61,162 bases of DNA from Candidatus Iainarchaeum sp. (GTDB lineage Archaea; Iainarchaeota; Iainarchaeia; Iainarchaeales; VGJJ01): positions 1 to 61,162 of the forward strand of contig JAZDJQ010000011.1 in the NCBI GenBank assembly GCA_043803765.1, read 5' to 3'. Below, in pieces: positions 29,179 through 37,739 of this stretch. The stretch's first letter is position 1, and each line of letters begins with the position of its first letter. The notes beneath the pieces were generated by a model, which did no database searches, was not told where the DNA came from, and saw only the letters and a program-made list of their open reading frames with translations. The translations under genes were made by a program, and so were the position numbers.

Positions 29179-29447
29179 GTGGGCCCCCGTCCGCCGTAAA
29201 GAAAATATTCCACGTGGATGCACGCGTGTTCTCGCTTCCGTGTCCCGGGAAGCACGATCCTACTTGCCTGCCGTTGCACCCTTCCGGGCCTGGCGGGGTT
29301 AAACAATTAGGGCCGTCTCCCCGGACAGAAGGTCAGCAAACGCCGAGTGCGACGTGAAACATGTTCTTCCTTTGCGTCCGGGATTCGATGCACGCGTGAA
29401 GCCGGTTTCGTGCAGGCGTGGACGGCTACCCCACGCATCTAGCCCAA
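29179..29447 (-). ncRNA. ffs: Archaeal SRP (7S) RNA
   Basis: 5' GGGCTAG Alu-like domain; helix 8 CCGCCAGGCCCGGAAGGGTGCAACGG; 5'/3' end pairing; TTTTATA promoter near 29470. Confidence 0.88.
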
Positions 29448-29690
29448 CTAATTGTGCGTCATAATCCATATAAAAGGAGATTAATTATCAGCATTCCTAT
29501 TAATGGAGGAAAATTAACGCTTTTTACTAAAATAAGTCCTATTTTCCCATAACTTCAGCATAATTTACTCGTTTTTTTCAATCGGAGAGATAATCAAACT
29601 CTATTCAAAAAAGAAAAGGTATTTTAAGTCCGATTTTGTTGTGAGTAGCACTGTTTTTACAGTAAAAAAAATCTCACAGGGGGAGAACGA

Positions 29691-30761
29691 ATGCAGTCTA
29701 TTATTTCGAATGCGACGCATAATGCGCCTAAAGTGGAAGAAAAATTTGAGGAATTTGGTCAGCCTAAGATTATGGTTATTGGTGCCGGTGGTGCGGGTTG
29801 TAATGCCGTCAACCGTTTAGCCCATATGGGTATTGCCGGTGCGCAATTGGTTGCTGTGAATACGGATAAACAGCACTTGTCGATTATTGATGATAATATT
29901 ACCAAAATCCTTATTGGAAAAAGTGTTACACGAGGATTAGGTGCAGGAGGCTACCCTGAAATTGGTGCCAAAGCAGCTGAAGTGTCCCGTCAAGCATTGG
30001 AAGAAGTTCTTTCAGGAGTGGACATGTTATTCGTTTCCGCTGGAATGGGTGGTGGAACCGGTACAGGTAGTGCTCCTATCGTTGCCCAGATTGCAAAGGA
30101 ACAGGGAGCCATTGTTATTGCCATGGTGACGTACCCGTTTGCTTTGGAAAAGGCTCGTACCATTAAGGCAGAAGAAGGGATTGAGGCCTTGCGCCGTATT
30201 GCCGATACGGTAGTCGTGATTGACAACAATCGATTGGTGGAATTGGTTCCCAATCTGCCCATCCAAGATGCATTCAAGGTGGCGGATGAACTCGTTGCAC
30301 GTACGGTGCGCGGTATTACAGAAACCATTACCCAGCCTTCGCTCATTAATTTGGATTATGCGGATGTTCGTTCGGTGATGGTGGGAACAGGACTCTCCAT
30401 GATTGCCGTAGGAGAAAGTAAGGGAGTAGATAAAGTGAATGAAGTGGTGGAAGACACGCTCAAGAATTCATTATTGGATGTGGATGTTAGCGGAGCAAAA
30501 GGCGCGTTGATTCATATCACGGGTGGTGCGGAATTAACATTGGGAGAAGCCAATGCGATTGGCACCATGCTCACGGAACAACTCGACCAAAAGTCGGTTG
30601 TGATCTGGGGAGCGCGTGTTGACCCTACGTATGAGAACAAGATCGAAGTCATCACGATCTTTACCGGTGTTAAGAGTCCATTCATTAATTCAGGAAGAGA
30701 CGATACCAAAAGCAGTAAGTCTCGTTCCTCGGGTGGGGACTTTGGAATTAATTATTTGTAA
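29691..30761 (+). CDS. ftsZ: Cell division protein FtsZ (copy B)
   Basis: GGGTGTG, PSLINLDYAD. Confidence 0.98.
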   Translation: MQSIISNATHNAPKVEEKFEEFGQPKIMVIGAGGAGCNAVNRLAHMGIAGAQLVAVNTDKQHLSIIDDNITKILIGKSVTRGLGAGGYPEIGAKAAEVSRQALEEVLSGVDMLFVSAGMGGGTGTGSAPIVAQIAKEQGAIVIAMVTYPFALEKARTIKAEEGIEALRRIADTVVVIDNNRLVELVPNLPIQDAFKVADELVARTVRGITETITQPSLINLDYADVRSVMVGTGLSMIAVGESKGVDKVNEVVEDTLKNSLLDVDVSGAKGALIHITGGAELTLGEANAIGTMLTEQLDQKSVVIWGARVDPTYENKIEVITIFTGVKSPFINSGRDDTKSSKSRSSGGDFGINYL

Positions 30762-30769
30762 ATGAGGAA

Positions 30770-30812
30770 GGGGAATGATTTTTTTTCATTCCCCCCATTA
30801 CTTTTTTTTATC
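30770..30812. terminator. Hairpin plus T tract after ftsZ copy B
   Basis: GGGGAATGA...TCATTCCCC followed by T run. Confidence 0.55.
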
Positions 30813-30814
30813 TT

Positions 30815-32227
30815 TTATTTTGCTACGATCAATAGTGGGGCCGCATTCACAATAATAAGAATAATCAAAATGATTCCAAATATTTTTCCAATTAGTTTTT
30901 TGGTATCCTCCTCATTTAATCCAATAAATCCTAAGTACGGTGCCACAAGGATGCGGGCCATTTTTCCACCGTCAAATGGGGAAATAGGAATGAAGTTGGC
31001 CGTAGCTACTAGGAAGTTAAGCAAGAGCAGCCATCCTAGGAATCCTGCAATTGTTCCCATCATCATTCGCAAGGGATCATACCATTCGGGCGGGGTGTAA
31101 TCGTGATTAGGAATTTCTTCTACGGTAATTCCAATTCTTCCCAAATCGTTAGGCTCAAACACGTGTTCAAATGTTTCATCTCCTCGCTGTACAAGAAGAG
31201 TGTATGATTTTTTTCCGCTTACAAGTGAAGCATATTCCTGTAATGTGCTTGCTTTTTCTCCATCTACTTTCACTAATTTATCACCTTTTTGCAGTACTCC
31301 AAATGCGGGAGCATGAAACTCTGTTCCGCATATCGTGATGAGTTCATCTACTTCTCCTACTTGCACTCCTGAAACGGTCTGCGTGTGAATACTTGTAAGT
31401 GCGGGCATGATGAGCGGTCCTATAATAAATCCTCCGATTAAAGTGAAAATGATTCCTCCCACAATGAAAAAATAAAAATTGCTTGCCGGTCCCGCAGCAT
31501 ACATGCGGAGTGCTTCCTTGGGTTGTTTTCTTTCTAATTCCTGCAGTTCTTTCTCATCGGGTTCAACAAATGCTCCTATTGGAAGGAATCCTAATAATAA
31601 TAGTCCATAACTCTTGAGTTTCATTCCTAGTTTTCGTATAACAAATCCGTGAGATGCTTCATGTACAATCAGAATAATGACGAATGATAACCATGCATGC
31701 AGGGGAACGCTAATGGGAGAATTGGGCAAGTCTACTCCCGGAATAACAGGAGCAACGCCTGCGCATGCATTCTTTCCTGTGGTGATTTTAGTAATAATAT
31801 CCAATCCCGAATAGAACAAGCTCACGAGGATAATTCCTGCTAATCCAAAAATACCAAAGAAGAACTGCATGATAATAAGGGGAATAGGAATAATGGGATT
31901 AGTGGTTGGAAAAACGAGTCCAGTAATTCCTCCCAGCACAATCATACTGATGAGGAAACCTCCTGCTCGAACAGGGAATGGTTTTTTCTTCAACCATAAA
32001 TAATCCACGGCCACCGAACCAAATCCTATCACTAATCCAATGTCCGTTAGACCATTTACAATGCGCGGGTGTTTGACTAATATATCAAAAATTTTTAGTG
32101 GTTTGCTAAATCGCAGCATGCTTATAATAAGCCATGTTTGACTTCCTTTCACATATTTTTTGATTAGAAATGTGGATAAGAGAAAAAAGGCAAGGATGAC
32201 AATCAACCAAGATAGTGCATCTAACAT
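30815..32227 (-). CDS. Site-2 (M50) intramembrane metalloprotease with PDZ domain
   Basis: HEASH, GAFVEPD, AGP..N, NFIPISPFDGG. Confidence 0.93.
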   Translation of the reverse strand: MLDALSWLIVILAFFLLSTFLIKKYVKGSQTWLIISMLRFSKPLKIFDILVKHPRIVNGLTDIGLVIGFGSVAVDYLWLKKKPFPVRAGGFLISMIVLGGITGLVFPTTNPIIPIPLIIMQFFFGIFGLAGIILVSLFYSGLDIITKITTGKNACAGVAPVIPGVDLPNSPISVPLHAWLSFVIILIVHEASHGFVIRKLGMKLKSYGLLLLGFLPIGAFVEPDEKELQELERKQPKEALRMYAAGPASNFYFFIVGGIIFTLIGGFIIGPLIMPALTSIHTQTVSGVQVGEVDELITICGTEFHAPAFGVLQKGDKLVKVDGEKASTLQEYASLVSGKKSYTLLVQRGDETFEHVFEPNDLGRIGITVEEIPNHDYTPPEWYDPLRMMMGTIAGFLGWLLLLNFLVATANFIPISPFDGGKMARILVAPYLGFIGLNEEDTKKLIGKIFGIILIILIIVNAAPLLIVAK

Positions 32228-32363
32228 TTACTCACGTTTTCCTTTTTTTTTACACAACTCAATCGCGATTCTTTTATGAGCCTGATGGAAAGGGTTGTAT
32301 TCTTCCAAAGGCAGGGGAAAAACCTATATAAAGTCTCTCACCTTCTACGTATTTGGGCTCATT

Positions 32364-33605
32364 ATGGCAGACTTTGATTCAAACTATAGTGATGACGGAA
32401 AAACCAATGGGGGCGCAACCGCTTCCCGCAGAGGAGTCACTAATTTTTACGATTACGTATACACGCTTGAGGAGCAAGTGCGCACGCTTCAAACACACAA
32501 GGTTTCAATGGAGGAGCGCACCCAACAATTGGAATCAGAAGTCAAGCGGTTGAGGTTAGAATTAGAGCGATTCAGGATGCCTCCTCTTATGGTGGGGCAG
32601 GTGCAAGACGTATTAGTGGATGGGAAAATCATTGTGCGTAATTCAAATGGGGTGGAATTTCTTGTAGCGAGTGAAGCGAATACTATTCTTTCAGGAAAGG
32701 ATGTGGGGAAGCGTGTGGCAATGTCCCAGAAAAACTTAGCCGTGTTGGAAGTGCTTCCGGATATTAAGGATTCTCGTGCTAAAGCAATGGAATTAGTTGA
32801 GCGTCCAAAAGAAGACTTTTCAATGGTCGGCGGTTTAGAAGAGGAAATAAACAAAATAAGGGAAGCTGTTATTTTACCCTTAACGAATCCTGAGAAGTTT
32901 GAGCGGTTGGGTATTACTCCTCCATCCGGGCTACTGCTTCACGGTCCTCCCGGGACGGGTAAAACACTTTTGGCGAAAGCAATGGCGCATGAAAGCAAGT
33001 CGGCATTTATTGGCCTCGTTGGGAGTGAATTAGTTCACAAGTATATTGGAGAGGGTGCTAAACTCGTTCGGGATGTTTTTGCCATGGCGAAAGAAAAGGA
33101 AAGCGCGATTATTTTTATTGATGAGATTGATGCCATTGGTACTGTTCGTACGGATGATACCAGCGGAGGGGATAGGGAAGTACAGCGGACATTAATCCAG
33201 TTGCTTGCCGAGATTGATGGTTTCAAAGAAAGGAAAAATATTAAATTGGTCGCGGCTACCAATCGCATTGATGTAATGGATCCTGCTCTCTTGCGTCCGG
33301 GACGATTTGATCGAATTGTAGAAGTTCCTCTTCCTGATATTGTTGCGCGTGAAAAGATTTTGAATATTCACACTTGTGGAATGAACAAGCATGCCGATGT
33401 AACATTTACTGATATTGCGTCAAAAACAGCAGGTCTAACAGGAGCCGATTTGAAATCCATTTGCGGGGAAGCTGGAATGCGCGCGATGCGGGAGGATGCT
33501 AAAAAAGTATGTCATCGGCATTTCACGGACGCCCTTGATGCATACTTACTTTCACGTTCTCTTTCCGAAGCAGACGGGCTCTCGCATAAGAAAATGTTTG
33601 CATAG
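32364..33605 (+). CDS. pan: Proteasome-activating nucleotidase
   Basis: Coiled coil, OB domain, GPPGTGKT, DEID, DREVQRT, RPGRFDR, C-terminal MFA. Confidence 0.95.
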   Translation: MADFDSNYSDDGKTNGGATASRRGVTNFYDYVYTLEEQVRTLQTHKVSMEERTQQLESEVKRLRLELERFRMPPLMVGQVQDVLVDGKIIVRNSNGVEFLVASEANTILSGKDVGKRVAMSQKNLAVLEVLPDIKDSRAKAMELVERPKEDFSMVGGLEEEINKIREAVILPLTNPEKFERLGITPPSGLLLHGPPGTGKTLLAKAMAHESKSAFIGLVGSELVHKYIGEGAKLVRDVFAMAKEKESAIIFIDEIDAIGTVRTDDTSGGDREVQRTLIQLLAEIDGFKERKNIKLVAATNRIDVMDPALLRPGRFDRIVEVPLPDIVAREKILNIHTCGMNKHADVTFTDIASKTAGLTGADLKSICGEAGMRAMREDAKKVCHRHFTDALDAYLLSRSLSEADGLSHKKMFA

Positions 33606-33609
33606 AAAA

Positions 33610-33714
33610 GGCTCTGTTGGAATCTTCTGAAAAAAATAAAATACGATGAAAAGGCAAAGCGCCAGTTGGTTATTTTTCATTTTATGGCATTTCATAAAGG
33701 AAGACAACAGAGCC
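33610..33714. repeat. Long imperfect inverted repeat downstream of pan
   Basis: GGCTCTGTTG/CAACAGAGCC, TCTTC/GAAGA and ATGAAAA/TTTTCAT nested. Confidence 0.45.
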
Positions 33715-33751
33715 AATTTGGGGAGAGTATTTCCAATTCATTAGGGGGTGC

Positions 33752-33865
33752 AAAAAATAGAAGAGAGATGAAAAACGGCTCAAATCCGTTTCTCACCCCC
33801 CGAGTGGCTCGAACGGCGATTAATTTAGGATAGGCTCACCCGCCGATCGAGAACATTACACGTGG
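33752..33865 (-). ncRNA. Candidate structured RNA B (unknown family)
   Basis: AAAAGCTTATATA promoter at 33900-33888; two hairpins, the second with G-U pairs only on the minus strand; U tract. Confidence 0.45.
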
Positions 33866-33971
33866 AGCTCATTGTGTTGCTACCATGTATATAAGCTTTT
33901 ATCTCATAGCAGGCTATTCCTCCAAGAGGGGATAAATTCCTCTTTTATTAGAGTTGGGAGTAAGGATGCGC

Positions 33972-34994
33972 ATGGGCACCCCTATTGGCGATTTAGTTGA
34001 GAGCGAGAAGATAGACCTTGCATCGCTAACCAACAAGACGATTGCAGTGGATGCGCATAACATCCTCTATCAATTTCTCACTTCGATTCGAGGGCCGGAA
34101 GGCCGCCCTTTGATGGATGCAGAAGGAAAAATTACAAGTCACCTTGCCGGACTGCTTTATCGCACTTCTTCTCTTATCGAATTGGGAATTAAACCTATTT
34201 TTGTTTTTGACGGGCTCCCTCACCCCCTCAAAAAAGCCACGTTAGAAAAAAGGCATGCGATTCGTACGGATGCAAAAGAAAAAATGGAAAAAGCCATCGC
34301 GTCAGGCGACTTTGAAAAAGCCCGGATGATGGGAGCGCGTGCCGTTAGTTTGAATAAGGAAATGATTGAGGAAGCAAAAAAAGCAATGGAGTATTTGGGT
34401 TTGCCATTTATTGAAGGAGCACAAGAAGGAGAAGCGCAGGCGGCATATCTCGTTCAAAAAAAAATGGCGTATGCGGCAGGAACACAAGACTATGATGCGT
34501 TGTTGTTCAACACGCCCATTGTGATACGCAATATGGCGATTACGGGGAAAAGAAAACTCCCTTATCGTAATGCCTATGTGAACGTGGAGCCCGAAAAAGT
34601 AGTGTTGGACAGCGTATTAAGTGAACTGCATATTACGCATAAACAGCTCATTTGGATTGCCATGTTGATTGGTACTGATTTTAATGAAAAAATTCCATTG
34701 GTGGGGCCTAAAAAAGCATTGAAGGCCGTGCAGGGAAAAAAATCGTTCAAAGAAGTAGTAGATGGGATTAATCAAACGGTGGATTATGATTGGGTGGAAG
34801 TGGAAAAATTATTCACGCACCCCAGTGTGAAGGAGATAAAAGAAATTCCATTCGCACAATCGAATAGGGAGAAGGCCATTGCTTTTTATTGCGACACGCA
34901 TGGGTTTGACCATGTTCGTGTAACGAATGCATTGAACAAAATAGAGAAAAAACCCGAGGATGAGAAGCAAAGTACCCTATCTAAGTGGGGATAA
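33972..34994 (+). CDS. fen: Flap endonuclease 1
   Basis: AVDAHNILYQFL, FVFDG, EGEAQAA, QDYD, GTDFN, C-terminal PIP box QSTLSKW. Confidence 0.97.
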   Translation: MGTPIGDLVESEKIDLASLTNKTIAVDAHNILYQFLTSIRGPEGRPLMDAEGKITSHLAGLLYRTSSLIELGIKPIFVFDGLPHPLKKATLEKRHAIRTDAKEKMEKAIASGDFEKARMMGARAVSLNKEMIEEAKKAMEYLGLPFIEGAQEGEAQAAYLVQKKMAYAAGTQDYDALLFNTPIVIRNMAITGKRKLPYRNAYVNVEPEKVVLDSVLSELHITHKQLIWIAMLIGTDFNEKIPLVGPKKALKAVQGKKSFKEVVDGINQTVDYDWVEVEKLFTHPSVKEIKEIPFAQSNREKAIAFYCDTHGFDHVRVTNALNKIEKKPEDEKQSTLSKWG

Positions 34995-35054
34995 AAGCAA
35001 ACCCTTAAAAACTATTATGAATAATAATTCATTACATTTTAGTGAGGTGATAAA

Positions 35055-35252
35055 ATGCCAGGATTTGATGGAAAAGGCCCATTGGGCCGAAATATAAAGG
35101 GAAGAGGATTGGGTCCCTGCCGAATGTCGGAAAACAAAACGTATGATTCTGCTCCCGGATTTTTTTTCAGGAATGGTTTTGGAAACCGGTGCCGGCGTTT
35201 TGCTGCACAACAATTGAATGAATTAGAGAAAAAATCAGAGAAAAAAGATTAA
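35055..35252 (+). CDS. Small protein, DUF5320-like
   Basis: MPGFDGKGPLG...GRGLGPC; GAGGTGA RBS. Confidence 0.7.
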   Translation: MPGFDGKGPLGRNIKGRGLGPCRMSENKTYDSAPGFFFRNGFGNRCRRFAAQQLNELEKKSEKKD

Positions 35253-35303
35253 TTAATAAGTAGCCACGTTATTTTATTCAATCGGAAAGGAGAGGTGATT
35301 TTC

Positions 35304-35612
35304 ATGCCGCGTCCCCGAATGATGTGCAGGGTTTCTTTTCGTCCGTCGGTCGTTTTCTTTAAGCCGGCGGGTGTTCCGCTTGCCCGCATGAAGGTTGTTT
35401 CTCTTTCTCCGGAAGGATTGGAGGCAATCCGTCTATCGTACGTGTTGGATTTTGACCAGAGTACGGCTGCACAGAAGATGGGGATCTCGCAACCCACATT
35501 TCACCGTATTCTTCTGGAGGCAAATCGGCAGGTTGCCAAGGCATTGGTGGAGGGTCATGCGATACGCTTGGAAATGGGAAATTCCAAGATGAAGGATAGT
35601 GAGGCAAAATGA
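35304..35612 (+). CDS. DUF134 family putative DNA-binding protein
   Basis: MPRPR, FKPAGVP, LEAIRL, AAQKMGISQPTF, ALVEG. Confidence 0.9.
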   Translation: MPRPRMMCRVSFRPSVVFFKPAGVPLARMKVVSLSPEGLEAIRLSYVLDFDQSTAAQKMGISQPTFHRILLEANRQVAKALVEGHAIRLEMGNSKMKDSEAK

Positions 35613-36682
35613 TGAAATTATTCATTCTTCTTTTCATTCTTTTTTTCGGGCATCCCGTCATCGCATTGGTGGAAAATCCCGTATTGTATTATTCTCCATC
35701 ATGTCCTCATTGTATCCAGCTAATTGATTTTCTGGATACGTTTGAAATTGATCATAACCTGCATGTGAATCAAATCAATGCGAATGAGGATCCTACTGGA
35801 TTTTATGCAATTCAACAAGAGTATGGTATTCCTCTTAATCAGATGGGCGGAGTGCCAAAAATTTTTTTCTCGAATGGAGAATACTGTGCAGGAGATACCC
35901 CTTGCATCGACTATTTAGAGAAACAGTATACTCAAGAAACACCCATCGAAAATAATACGGTTCCATCGGAAGAAGAGTCATCTTCTCCTGTTAATGTTTG
36001 GCAATTATTGGGTTTAGCACTCGTTGATTCGGTGAATCCCTGCGAACTGGCCGTTCTGATTATCCTAATGACCGCTATTCTTTCTCGTTTTCCGGGGGAT
36101 AAGAAAAAGGCATTGCGTGCCGGTCTTTCGTTTACATTGGCTATCTTTCTTGCCTATTTCTTTTTTGGTCTGCTTATTTTGTTGGGATTCAAAACGGTAT
36201 TGGGCATAACCTCGTTTGGCATGCAGGGATTGTTTTTCTTCTTGGGGATGCTCGCTATTCTCCTAGGTCTGTTGAACATGAAGGATGCATTCTGGTATGG
36301 GGGTGGAGGATTCGTGATGGAAGTTCCCATGCGCTGGCGTCCGCACATGAAGCGAATTATTGGAGAAGTAGTCAGTACGAAGGGGGCATTCCTTGCCGGA
36401 CTACTTGTTAGTTTTTTCCTTACCCCTTGCACTTCCGGTCCTTATTTCGTGGCAGGTGGCATTCTGGCGAATCTTTCATGGATGGAATCCCTTCCTTATC
36501 TGGTAGGCTATTTGCTTATTTTTGTATTTCCCATGTTGGCTATTACATTCATTGTTTATGCGGGTTCTGCTCGCGTAGAGCAGCTTTCCGAGTGGAAAGA
36601 GAAGAACACGCGCGGATTGCATGCGATTGCCGGCCTCCTGTTGCTTGGTTTGGGTATTGCCATGCTGTTGGGGTGGGTGTAA
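35609..36682 (+). CDS. Glutaredoxin-like domain fused to CcdA/DsbD-type TM domain
   Basis: CPHC, VPK, DSVNPC and TPCTSGPY Cys pair in the membrane part. Confidence 0.82.
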   Translation: MMKLFILLFILFFGHPVIALVENPVLYYSPSCPHCIQLIDFLDTFEIDHNLHVNQINANEDPTGFYAIQQEYGIPLNQMGGVPKIFFSNGEYCAGDTPCIDYLEKQYTQETPIENNTVPSEEESSSPVNVWQLLGLALVDSVNPCELAVLIILMTAILSRFPGDKKKALRAGLSFTLAIFLAYFFFGLLILLGFKTVLGITSFGMQGLFFFLGMLAILLGLLNMKDAFWYGGGGFVMEVPMRWRPHMKRIIGEVVSTKGAFLAGLLVSFFLTPCTSGPYFVAGGILANLSWMESLPYLVGYLLIFVFPMLAITFIVYAGSARVEQLSEWKEKNTRGLHAIAGLLLLGLGIAMLLGWV

Positions 36683-36688
36683 AACTAC

Positions 36689-36787
36689 TTATAGCAAAAA
36701 GCCTACGTATTTGAACAATTTAACGGGCTTTTTGCATTGTAGCAAACCATTCGAAAAAAATTCAACGATCAAAACGGTTCGCTATAT
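36689..36787 (+). repeat. Double-hairpin palindromic element, copy 3
   Basis: Reverse-complement homologue of copies 1 and 2; begins 7 nt after a stop codon. Confidence 0.9.
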
Positions 36788-36876
36788 TTTATTCTTTTTA
36801 ATTTAATTATCCCGATGGATAAATTCAGTATCAAAGAATAGGCAAGACTAAAAACTCCTTTTTTTTAGTGAGTTGA

Positions 36877-37731
36877 ATGCGTGAAGCAATCGCCAAACCT
36901 GTTATTCGTCCTCCTAATGCGGAGCCGTTTCATCATCTCAAATCCCTAGTGCGTGATTTGTCTCTTCCCACCGTATGTCAGGAAGCTCATTGCCCTAATC
37001 AGAGTGAGTGTTGGAGCAGTGGAACGGCCACGTTCATGGTGCTGGGAAAAACCTGCACGCGCGGGTGTAAATTTTGTCAGGTAAATGCGGAGGCAAAAGG
37101 GGATATTGTGGATGAGAATGAGCCAAAAAAACTGGTTGATGCCGCACGGAAAATGAAATTAAACTACGTGGTGTTAACCATGGTGAATCGGGATGATTTG
37201 CCCGATCAGGGAGCAGGGCATGTGGGGAAATGCATTTCCGCATTGAAAGAAAATGGTTTTTTGGTCGAAGCATTAGTGGGGGACTTTCAGGGAAAAAGGG
37301 AATTCCTTGATATTGTTATTCGGTCTTCTCCTGCTGTTTTTGCTCATAACATTGAAACGGTTTCTTCGTTGCAACGCAGTATACGAGACGTTCGTGCATC
37401 CTATGCACAATCATTAAACGTATTGAAGTATGCCCGTGAAAAAGGAATAAAATACACTAAATCGTCTATTCAATTGGGTCATGGAGAAACAAATGATGAG
37501 GTAATCCAAACTCTGCGTGATTTGCGTTCCGTTGGAGTGAATATGCTCACGCTGGGGCAGTATTTGCAGCCTTCAAGTTGGCATCTTCCTGTGAAGGAGT
37601 ATTCTTCCCTTGAACGGTTTGATTGGTTGGGAAAAAAAGCGAGAGAATTAGGTTTTGATTTCGTTGCTTCCGGCCCATTAGTGAGGAGTTCCTATAAGGC
37701 GGGTGAATTATTTATTACAAATAAAAAATAG
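36877..37731 (+). CDS. lipA: Lipoyl synthase
   Basis: CQEAHCPNQSEC, CTRGCKFC, RSSY. Confidence 0.96.
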   Translation: MREAIAKPVIRPPNAEPFHHLKSLVRDLSLPTVCQEAHCPNQSECWSSGTATFMVLGKTCTRGCKFCQVNAEAKGDIVDENEPKKLVDAARKMKLNYVVLTMVNRDDLPDQGAGHVGKCISALKENGFLVEALVGDFQGKREFLDIVIRSSPAVFAHNIETVSSLQRSIRDVRASYAQSLNVLKYAREKGIKYTKSSIQLGHGETNDEVIQTLRDLRSVGVNMLTLGQYLQPSSWHLPVKEYSSLERFDWLGKKARELGFDFVASGPLVRSSYKAGELFITNKK

Positions 37732-37739
37732 TAATGCGT

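Noticed and set aside
28836-29357. Long ORF calls overlapping 29180-29360
   Set aside because: They overlap the SRP RNA; only the part from ATG 29153 on the minus strand has an RBS.
29217-29398. Direct repeat GATGCACGCGTG
   Set aside because: Its palindromic core is explained by the two strands of an SRP RNA helix.
33773-33796. T-arm-like AACGG-CTCAAAT-CCGTT suggesting a split tRNA half
   Set aside because: No acceptor or anticodon context, the loop starts with C, and the extended stem pairs better on the opposite strand.
14896-36787. Palindromic repeats as CRISPR repeats or canonical integron attC sites
   Set aside because: They are dispersed, about 97 bp long and without spacers; RYYYAAC/GTTRRRY boxes and cas/intI genes are absent.
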